Of a stretch of DNA of 64,000 nucleotides, positions 53,066 through 64,000 are shown piece after piece (position 1 is the stretch's first letter; each line of letters begins with the position of its first letter). This stretch comes from Piromyces finnis finn (taxonomy: Eukaryota > Fungi > Neocallimastigomycota). Both the position numbers and the translations under genes were made by a program. The notes below the pieces were generated by a model, which saw only the letters and a list, made by a program, of their open reading frames with translations, ran no database searches and had not been told where the DNA came from. The stretch lies in contig MCFH01000031.1 of NCBI GenBank assembly GCA_002104945.1, forward strand, positions 62,001 to 126,000, written 5' to 3'.

Positions 53066-54491
53066 ATGGAAAATTCAGAGAATATTAATTCTTCCTCCTC
53101 AAAAAAGGTATTCACAGAAGAAGAAAGGCAGTATATGCTAAAAAATAGACAAATTGCAAGAGAAAAATTGAAAAAAAAGTTAAAAAACTTAAAGAACAAT
53201 AATAAAAAAGAAGAGGAGATAATTATAGTAGATGATGATACATTAAATATAAATACAGGATCAAAAGAAAATGAAGGTGATTCCCAGCCAAATATAATAA
53301 AAAATATTATTACTTCAACAATAATAGATAATAGTCAAGATTCTGATAATTCAAGAAAAAGCCGTAAAAGAAAACTGGTTTATTGCGATTATAACTTATC
53401 TGAAATTGTAGATACTAAGGGTGGATTTTTAATAGAAAAAAATGATGTAGAGGAACAACCTGAACCAGAAAAGCAAATAAAACATCTACGACGTAATTGC
53501 TAAAAAAATTATTTATTATAAATATAAATTAATTCTTATTTTAAGAATGATTTTGTATAAATGAAACGATATATATATTAATATATAATATAATGTATTA
53601 TTTTATATATATTATTTATAGCTATAAATCTTGATCTTGATAAAAATCCAAAGTGTAAAGAATGTGATTCACTAGATATTGATTATAATTATCTTGATAA
53701 TTTCAATATTCTAGTCTGTAAAAGCTGTAGAAGTAAAATGCCAGAAAAATATAGTTTATTAACAAAAACTGAATGTAAAGAGGATTATTTATTAACTGAT
53801 AGTAAGCGGAATAAATAATAATTTAAAATAATGAAGATTGAAAACAATAAATTAACATTAATAATAATATTTTTAAAAGGTGAACTTCGAGATAGAGAAT
53901 TATTACCATGCTGGGAGAGACCAAATCCACATAAATCCACATGGAATAATATGATGTTGTTTGTCCGTTATCAAGTAAAGTTTGACAACAATTTATTTTT
54001 ATATAGCTTACATAAATTATTAATTACATTTATTAATGCTAATAAAAAAAAAATCAATATACTAAAAAGGTTGAAGAATATGCATTTAAAAAATGGGGAA
54101 GTGAACAGGGTTTAGATGATGAGTTTGATAGAAGGGAAACAGAAAAAAGACAAAGAAAAGAAAAGAAATTTAACGAAAAATTAAAAGGTAATAATAATAA
54201 GTTTTAAAAATAAACAAAATAGTAAATGCTATTTTTATTTATATTTTATATAATAAAATATAAATATTAAAATTATTTTATATATATTAAAATTTTTATT
54301 TATATTTTTGTAATGATGTTTTTATATAAAATAAAGAGCTTCGTAGAGCAACTAGAACAAGTATTTGGTTAAAAAACAAAAAGAAAGTACATGTACATGA
54401 ATTTGGTGAAACCGCTATTGATAAAGAAACAGGTGATAGTGTTCGTCGTTGTAAAACATGTGGATTTTTAGAAGAATTTGAGGAATTTTAG
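53066..54491 (+). CDS. RAD14: Nucleotide excision repair protein XPA/Rad14, about 5 exons
   Basis: [17 protein letters not shown]; CKECDSLD...CKSC...[17 protein letters not shown]|GELRD...[14 protein letters not shown]; KKWGS; HVHEFG...CKTCGF...EEF*. Confidence 0.95.
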
Positions 54492-55091
54492 ATAAAAAAT
54501 AAAACTTATTTTGAAAGCATACAAATAGAATGAAACAATGTATATAATAAACCAATTTTGATAAATGATAATATTAATAAACATAATTAAAGACTTAAAC
54601 AATTTCATCTAAATATTTGAATAATAATAATATTTTGAGAACAAAGTACTACATATCATAATAAAATAACATTATTTCAATTTGATTTACTTAAAATTTA
54701 CAATAAATATCAAATATTATATGTAATCATATTAACACTTTATATCAATTTTTAAGTTGTGTAATATAAAATAATTTTTGTCAGTCTAAATAATTACGAT
54801 TATAATTATACAATGTATTTATTTTTATAATAAATAGAAAAACTAATTTTGAATTAAAAGTGCAATCTATTTATTATTTTATATTAAATATACCTTTTTT
54901 TAATTTATAATGAAGTATAATGATATGTTGTAATTTATATTTAAAAAATTAAAAGCATCAATTTTTCTTTAATAGTATTATATATATTACATAATAAGAA
55001 TTTTAATATTTAATTAATTATTTTTTTATTGATATATTAATTGTGGAAATTGACTCTATTTAAATAATATAAAATAATATGAAAGTATTAT

Positions 55092-55100
55092 AACCAATCA
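55092..55100 (+). promoter_or_regulatory. CCAAT box about 180 bp upstream of TTI1
   Basis: AACCAATCA. Confidence 0.45.
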
Positions 55101-55278
55101 TATTATTAAAATAATTAATAATTAAAATACTATAATTTAGTACTAATAGTAAAAGCGAAATGGATAATTAATTTTGAAATTAAAAATATTATAAAATAAA
55201 AATAAATATATATTATTTAAATAATAAGAGTAATTTACATATAAATACATATAATAGATTTTATAATAGCATATTAAA

Positions 55279-58200
55279 ATGGAATTAGATGATGAAATTC
55301 AGAAAACTTTCTTAAAGGTATTATTATTTTTATTTTATAAAAAGTCATTATAATTGTTCTCAAAAGGATAGTTTTAATAGTGTAAATGATAATTTTATTA
55401 ATATATATACTTTTGGTAAACACTATAAACAGATAAGACCAATATGCGTTGAAGTAATGAATTATATTAATTGGGCTTCATTACCCAAAATTGATAATAG
55501 ATTGATAAATTTTTATGAAGTCATTAGAGATATTAAGAATCCAGAAATTTTAATACCTTTAGAAGATTACATATGTTTTCCATTAATACAAATTTTAAAT
55601 GATAAAAATACTTCACAACAAAATTCAGAACAAATTTTTAAAATTTTAAGTTATATTGTTGAAAATGTAAGGAATGTATTATCAGTAGATTTATTTCAAA
55701 ATTTTCTTGTAGTTTCATCAAAATATGCTAGTCAAGAATCAAATTCGGAGGAATTAAAATATGCAGCAATTCATTGCATTTTACTATTAATAAAATGTTA
55801 TCCAAATCGTGAAGAATTAATACTAAAATCAGAAAATTTTTTTAAAAAAAAAAATATAATAAATGTTAATGATTTGAATAATAAAGTTTATAAAATGATA
55901 ATACCTCACATCATTTCAATTTGCTTGGAAATAGTTGAAAAAGAAAAGCTTTTAATATTAAGGTTGGAGGTATTGGAAATATTGGGATACTTGATTGATA
56001 TTTTAGAGTATACTTCTGTTATAAAATTTGTACCAGGTATAGTATCAAATTTATTAAAAACTTGTGTAAATAGCTCGAAAGATAATCACAGAATATTGGT
56101 TAATTTATTAGCTGTTTTAAAAGATGTTATCTGTAAGGCATATAATGATAATGTAAATTCCAATATTTTAAAACAAAAAGATGCTATATCTTGGAGTGAT
56201 TTGAAAAATATTAGTAATAAAAAAAATAAAAGTATTGATGCTAGAAATAATAAATTAATTAAAGAAGAAATTACAGAAGAAGATAATTTAAATAAATTAA
56301 AAAAAAATAAAATTGAGGCCATGTTTGATGAACAAGATAAAGTAAATGAATCTGTTGTTACTGAAGAATGGGTAAATATATCTGCAGTAAAAATTTTAAA
56401 TCTTTTAAATGTCCTTAATAAAATTAGAGGTCATGCTCATCAGAATGTTAGAAAACAATTTGTGATATTTGCTAAGAAAATTATATGTGATTGTAAAGTA
56501 ACACTTCAAATTTGCTTAGATACCCTTGTTGAGATTCTTGTATATTATTTAAATGATGAAATTGAAGAAATATCCACAATTTGTCAAGAAGCTATTAATG
56601 AAGTTTCCAGTGAATTTAAAGATAATCAACAATTTTTGGAGTTACTTAAAAAAAATTTTGAAAAATTAATATTATCTTTTCCAAGGGTCTTAACCACATC
56701 CAATGATTCAACAAAGTTTGAAATGATTAATCTTGCTAATGGCTATTTAATTTTATTAAAGGATGAAGCTACTGTCCTTATTCAGACCTCCATTGAATTT
56801 TTGATTAGTAGTTTAATTGAAATTTTAACATTTGATGTGTCAGACATTCGATTAATTGAAGACCGTTATAATTATAATAATAATCAAGTAGATATTGTTG
56901 AGGTTTCCAAAACTAGCGAAATTAATGGAATTGATTCTTTTTTAAATAATGATCAGTTAATCAACGATGAAAACATTTTACTAAATCATACATATTTATA
57001 CAATCAGTACTCAAAATACTTTCCAAAAAAGAATTTTAAATATATCCATGATGAAAAGGTAACTAAAGTACTTTCTCAATTATGCCATTTAATTGGTTAT
57101 TATGGAAATATTTCTTTTTTGGTTGATTATATTTTAAACACATATATAATCAATAATAATTACACAGATAATACTATTTCACCTATTTATTTATTGAATG
57201 AGGTTTGTATAGGAGGATTTCATAGATTAAACGATAAGCGAAAAAGATCTAAAGAAAATAAATCAGTGGACAATGAAATTGAATTTTATTTCAATATTTT
57301 AGAAAATGTTTTATTTGAATATACCCATTCAAAAATATTAGACATGCCTACAAGCTTAATTGATGAGAATTTAATGGCGAATTTAGATTTAATGAGGGCA
57401 AAAAATAATTTACAATTTAGTGAAGGTACTTTTGACAATAAAATAGAGTCGTTTAATGAAATTATAATAAAGAACTGTTTAATATTAGAAGGCATATCTG
57501 TTATTTCACTTATTATGCGAGACAATTTTAAAATTCATTTAATGGAAACTTTGTATATTTTATTAGAAAAATTAGGGGATATCAATAGAACAATTAGTGA
57601 TTTAGCTATGTCTTGTATTAATTTAGTAAGTAAAGCATGTAATTATTCCAACCCTTCAGAGCTTATCTTGGATAATGTTGACTATATTATTAATATTATT
57701 ACTCAGAAACTTCGTTATATTGAATATAATATTAAAGCACCAAGAGTTTTAAAAGCAGCCATAGAAGTTTCAAAATACCCTATTATTCAATATATGAACG
57801 ACACTATTGAAGAGCTCTGTGAAATTTTAGATCAGAATAAAAATAATTCAAGTCTTGGATGTTTAGTGATTGATGTTTTCCAAGCATTAATGAATGTATT
57901 AAATAAATATTCTATCTTTGAAAATGTTTCTTCTACAATATCAAAAATACCATTAAAGGAAAATAAATCCAATGATATAAAGGATAAAGAAAAGATAGAC
58001 TCTTCTCAAAATTCTTTTATTGAACAAATAACAAAATCAGCAATTTTTCAACAAGCTGATCCAGAAATCCAATCCTTTTTTTTAAAGAATATAAGCATGA
58101 ATGATAGTAATGATGAACAATCTGAAGAAAAAAGTAATAATAAATCCAAGCTAGGTGGTAAGGATAAAGAGGGTAATATTAATGAAATCGAGGACTATTT

Positions 58201-59644
58201 CAAGGATTATCTCAAGAAAAAGGAAGAAAAAAATAATTTTGAAAATGAGCATGCATTAGAAGAAGATGAAAATAATCAATGGGATAAAAACGAAGATGAA
58301 AAAGATAATTTAGGGGATGAAGAAAATGAAGTTTCCAATATGAGTTACGATCAAAAATTATGTTTAAGAGTGGTAAAAGAAACATCATATTATATCAATT
58401 CTGATTCTCCAGAATTACGTTCTAAGAGTTTAAGAGTAATTAAAGCTTCATTCCAAATGCTAGGCCATTATCCAAAGGAATTATATCCTATGGTACATCA
58501 ATTATGGCCAACTTTACTTAATAGGTTAAATGACCCAGCTAATCATGTTATTAAAGATACCATTCAACTTATTAATGAAATGATTACTACTACTTCCATT
58601 GGTGCTGATTTTTTAAATAGAGCTGTAGCTAATGAACTACTTCCAATCTTATTTCGTTTTATGGAAAAATATAATGCAAATATTATGCCTATAGAAGTGT
58701 TTAAAAAATCAACTAATACAAAAAGAAGAAGAGATTTCGAGAAAGTTAAATATCAAAAAGGTAATGTTGCAATAATATTTATAATTTATAAATAGATATA
58801 TTTAAAAATATAATTGTTATTTATATATATATATATATACCTAATTTTTTTTTATTTTTAAATTAATTAATATAATAGATTCTACATCTCTTTTTGGTGA
58901 CGATGTAATACTTGTTGATAACAAGGAAAGTCTTTCCGACATTGAAATCAAAAATAAACATTCTAATATTAATAAATTACAAATTTCGATTTTAGAAATG
59001 TTATCTTTTATTATTTGTTCTTTAGAAAAGGACCATAAAGGAAACAAAGGAAGTTTAAAGTTGGAAGAATATCATCAATTAGAAAAATTATTATTACCAA
59101 GTTTAAGTTCCGATCGAAATATCGAAATTATACAAAAGAAGGCTATTCAGCTTTTTAAGAATATTTGTTTATCAGATGAAGATGGCGTTTGGTTAATCAT
59201 GTCCAGCTTAAAAGGCATTATTCAAGAATACAAGTTAAAGAATGATTACAATGATATTGAAAAAGAAAAACAACAAATTCAAAATAATTTATATCAATTA
59301 TTTAATATTTCAGGTAATTTTTTTTTTTTTTTTTTTTTTCGTATTTATACTATAATTAAAAAAAAAAATAGATAAAAGTATTATAATACTAATTTATAAA
59401 TATCTTTTTCTTTTCTTTTTATTTAAAAAAAAAAGATATAGAAGATGAATTAAAATTAAATTTACCGTTAGGTTGGAAAAAAGAAATTATATATATGAAT
59501 AATATAAATAGAAAAAATAGAAAAATACAGCAATTAATTGAAAATGAAGATGAAGATATTAGGAAAATGAAGGAAAATAAATATCTTAATTGGATATTTA
59601 GTATGCAAAAGAATATTCAAATTATTCTTTCATATATTTCATAA
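55279..59644 (+). CDS. TTI1: TELO2-interacting protein 1 (TTT complex), about 4 exons
   Basis: N-terminus IQKTFLK|IRPICVEV; FVPGIVS; LMETLYILLEKLGD...LILDNVDYII; VHQLWPTLLNRL; HEAT-like helical protein of about 1300 aa. Confidence 0.88.
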
Positions 59645-62600
59645 TAAATAATTTAATTTTATTGAGTTTAACCAATAATAATGTAATATTAATAAAAAAG
59701 CATGAATTATCAAAAAATATTTATTCATATAAAGTATATAATTTTTTTTTTTTTATGTTAATAATTAATAGCCATTGTTATAAATAATTATATTAGATTT
59801 ATTGTTCATTTGTGTACTTTTTATAGCAATTGTTATCCTTTATATTATAATTATATTATAATAAGATAATAAGAATACCAATTTTCTGAAAAAAAATATT
59901 TCTAAAAAATAAAAAATTAATCATACTATCTTGCCAATTTAGTTCCAAAACCATAATAAAAACGATTTAAATGGGGATTAAATTTTAATAAATATTTATA
60001 ATGCTTATAATGAAAAAGATTTTTTTATTAAAATTAACTTTTTTTTTTTTATTCATTTGTATTATTTTATACTATGTATTTTATTAATAATATAACATTT
60101 TATTTTATTTTTAAATATAATAAAAGAATAATATTTACTTCTACTCTTATTATTATAATTATGACTTTAAAGCTATTTCTTTCTTTCAAATAGTTTTTAA
60201 TTAATCCAAATATATAAATTATTAATGTCTTAAAACATAAATTTAAAACATATAAAATATAATTTGAATATATTAATTATTGAGTTGAATAAAATTTAAT
60301 GAAATTATCTATTTCTCATTAATTTTTTTTTTTTTTTTCATTGTTCATATTAGTAATATTATATTACCGAATTATATATACAATAAAGTATATTTTTATT
60401 AGAACAAGAGTAATAGATTTGTTTTTTTTTAACTTTATTATTTAATATTAAATATATAAATATTATATTTTAAAATATAATTCCATTAAAAACTTTTATA
60501 TTAAATAAATAATTTTTAAAAGTGTAATTTTAATATTAGTAAATCGTGCTTAAATTTTGATAACAAGTTTTTTTAAATAATAACAAAAAATTAATACAAC
60601 ATTTTTTTTTCCTTTTTAATTATCTTTTTATTTAGTTTTTTATTTTATATTTTTTTTTTTTTTTTTTTTTGATTTTTTAATTAAGAATCAAAGTAGCACC
60701 AATAGAATTTTTTTTTTTTTTTTAATGTTAATAATTTTTATTAATTTCATTGATTATAATTCACTATTTAAATATGTATGAGTAATTTTTCTGTTTATAT
60801 TTTTGATAAAATTAAGTATATAAAGTATTTTTCTTTTATATAAATATTGTTTTGGCTTATTTATTATTTAACTTTATATTTATGTTTATCATCAATCATT
60901 TTTTTAGTTAATAATTATAACTATTCTAATTCTATATGATCTTATACTAAAAAAAAAAAAAAAACAGTTGATAATATTAATAAAGTTTTATCAAAACTTT
61001 GAGTAATATTTTATAATACAATTAATATTATTCCGATCCTTATCGAATATGAATAGTGTTGATGAATTCTTTTTTTTTTTTTTTTAATAATAATTATATA
61101 TTTTTTCTTTTTAATTAAAAAAAGTTAAAATTTATACATCTTCATTTAAATTTTAATATAAAGTTTCATATATTAGAATTAACTATAACTTTAATTAAAT
61201 TTTATTTATTTTTTTAATTAATTTTTTTTCTAATTTATTTATACTCTATTTTTTTTTTATCATTAAATTAAAAAGAAAAATAAATTAAAATTTTAAGTAG
61301 CCTTTTTTTATTTAATTATTTTCAATAAAATATAAAGTTATTAAATTGTAACTTTACTTTGTTGTAGGATTGTACCACCCTGGTATACGATTTATTCTTA
61401 TTTTAAAGAACCATTATTAATAAATTTATATAAAAGTAATATAGTTTTAAAACAATCAATGCATTTATTATTTTGATAGTACTTATATTACTTTTGAATT
61501 AATGATTAAAATGTGCAATAAAATGATATATTGTTGTAACAAATACAGTAAAATATAAATGTCATATAAATGTGGAATATAGTTTGAGCTTTCTTTTTTA
61601 CAGTCAAAATAAAATGTAACTTTTATATAAATTATTTATAGTGATATAATCAATAATTACAATGATAATTTAAAGGACCTGTCATCAATGTAATTTGTAA
61701 ATTTTAAAATTCATCCCATAAATTATGATTAAATACTAAATTCATTTAACTATATTTGTCATGTTAAAATTTAATTAAAATTTTAAAGTTTTTAATATTA
61801 TTATTTGTATTTATTGGAATATAGTAAAATATATAGTTATTAAAATTTTATTATTTTTTTTATTTGAAATGGTAGTATTAAAATTAAAATATTATTCGTT
61901 TTACTTTTTTTTTTATTTTATTTTTTATTTTTATTATTATCAACACTAAATAATATATTATTATTTAAAACTAAAATAATTATATAAAACTATATTAAGT
62001 TTCATCAATATATATGATTATGATGGTGTGTTTAAAACTTATATAAAGATATTTTCCTTTTTTTATTAATATATTTTTTTTTCTTTTTTCTTTTTTTTTT
62101 TTTTAATTTGTAATTTGTTATAATTCTTATAATAAACGTTTTAAAATATTAGCAATTAAAAATAAATTTGAGTTAAAAAATAAACTACAAATATTAAGAA
62201 AATAATTACAAAGCATTAAAAGTAGTTTAAGTTGTACATTTTCATTCATTATTTTTTCTTTTCTTTCTTCTTTTTTCTCCTTAAATTCACCAAAGGCTTT
62301 TTTAAATTGTTCATTTCTTTACATATTTATTATTTATAATGAATAAATAATTAAAGAATAGTATTATGAAATACATATTAAAAGAGCTACAGTAGAAGAA
62401 GAGAAAAGAGGGAAAAAAACGAAAGGAAAAACACTGAACAATTATTGTTAATAATTTAAAATATTTAATTATAATATTTTAAAAATATAATTAATTTAAT
62501 TATTCGTTAATTATAGTATTACAATAAATTTCAAACTTAAGAAATATTAATAATATATAGCATAACAAAAAAAAGGTTAACTTTAAAAAGAATTTACTTT

Positions 62601-63725
62601 AATGAAGTATATAATAAAAAAAAAATAAATTAAAAAGTAATTAAAGTTATATACAAAAATTCTTTTAAAAAAAAAAGAATATTATATTTTTTTTTTAAAT
62701 TACAAAGAAAAGAAATATAATAATTCTATATAAAGGAAAAAAATAGTAATATTAAATATTTATTTAAATAATAATAAGTCTCATAATAACTCTGCTACGA
62801 ATATATATTATATATTTAAAAGAATACTTGAATATACATATATATATTATTTAATATATATAAAAGTAATAACAACAAAAGTGAGATAATTCAAAAAAAG
62901 TAAAAATAATACTATTTTATTTCAAAATATTTTTATAAAATGTAACATATTAAAATATTAAATACAGCAATTATTTAAATTATTTAAAAAAAAAAAAGAG
63001 AGAAATTTCGTCTCTAAATTTTAATTAATAATTATTTCTTATTTAAAGACTAAATATTAATTCTTTATATGTATATATACTATATACTTTATAGCATTTA
63101 TGAAATACCATTTTGAAATATATGGTCAATTTTTTCTTAATATTAATATTCTCCATTTTTTAATGAATATATATTAATATTGATATTTTTTTTTTTTTTT
63201 TATTTATCTCGCTAATGAAGGTAATTTTATTAATGAATAAAATATAATTTTATATAGTTTTACATAATTATTAATCTTATTATTTTTTTTTTAATTATTT
63301 AAATTTTATATTAGATTTGTATATGAATTTTAATAAACCAATAACAATAATTTTTATCTTACAAATATAATTATTTATATTCAAAAACATATCAATCGTA
63401 CTATCAATGTATATAGTACTACAAATCTATTTTAATTATAATAAATCAGCAAAATTAATCAAGATTAATAATATTCATTGTATCAACAATTTCTTAAATA
63501 ATTTTTGAAGTTAATAAATAATTTTAGTAAGACATTTAGCTCAGAATAATAATCTTATTCTTTAACAATTTTTGATAACATTAAATTTATTGTAAATATT
63601 CCATGTAAATATTTAGTCAAAAATACAAAAAAGTAAAATAAAATAAAATTCTGTACGTATTCAATAATCATAAAAGTAATATTACAGAGAAAATATTAAC
63701 AATTTTGAAATAACAACAACAACAA

Positions 63726-63759
<34 letters not shown>

Positions 63760-63973
63760 ATCTAAAATATAATTTAATTTTATTAGATTATAATATTATT
63801 TTTACAAAAAATAAACGAAAATTCTATTTTTTAAAATAAAAAATTTTTAAAAGAAAGACCATATAAACATAACTATCAATAATTTATAAATTTTATAATA
63901 ATAATAATATAACGTAAATCACTAAATATATATTAATCATTAAATATTATTAAATAAAATAAAATAAAATAAA

Positions 63974-64000
63974 ATGTCTTCAATAGATGTTGAAAAAGTC
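63974..64000 (+). CDS. Possible start of a gene running off the window (MSSIDVEKV...)
   Basis: AAAATGTCT start context after an A-rich leader; only 9 codons visible. Confidence 0.3.

Overview
Extremely AT-rich, intron-rich eukaryotic DNA. The composition, short AT-rich introns and fungal-type genes point to an anaerobic gut fungus (Neocallimastigomycota); this is inferred, not database-checked. Protein genes read from the sequence: RPS7 (-), YVH1-like (+), a 1191-aa E/K/V/T-rich repeat protein (-), presequence protease CYM1/PreP (-), a two-finger C2H2 transcription factor (+), an orphan N/S/K-rich gene (+), RPL15 (-), HIT1/ZNHIT3 (+), a MARCH5-like RING-CH E3 ligase (-), RAD14/XPA (+) and TTI1 (+). 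The most interesting content is a retroposon set not shown by the ORF track. (1) A full-length single-ORF LINE (RRM-like/APE/RT/Cys-His), broken by five in-frame stops, sits next to two further LINE 3' ends. (2) Two candidate tRNA-derived SINEs at 19.3-19.9 kb and 45.2-45.6 kb each have a poly(A) tail and target-site duplication; the first shares a 43-nt structured 3' core with the LINE, including a compensatory base-pair change. Also notable: a long nested RNA duplex in the RPL15 intron, an apparently catalytically dead YVH1 phosphatase domain, and introns ending in poly(A)-G. All exon boundaries were placed by hand.
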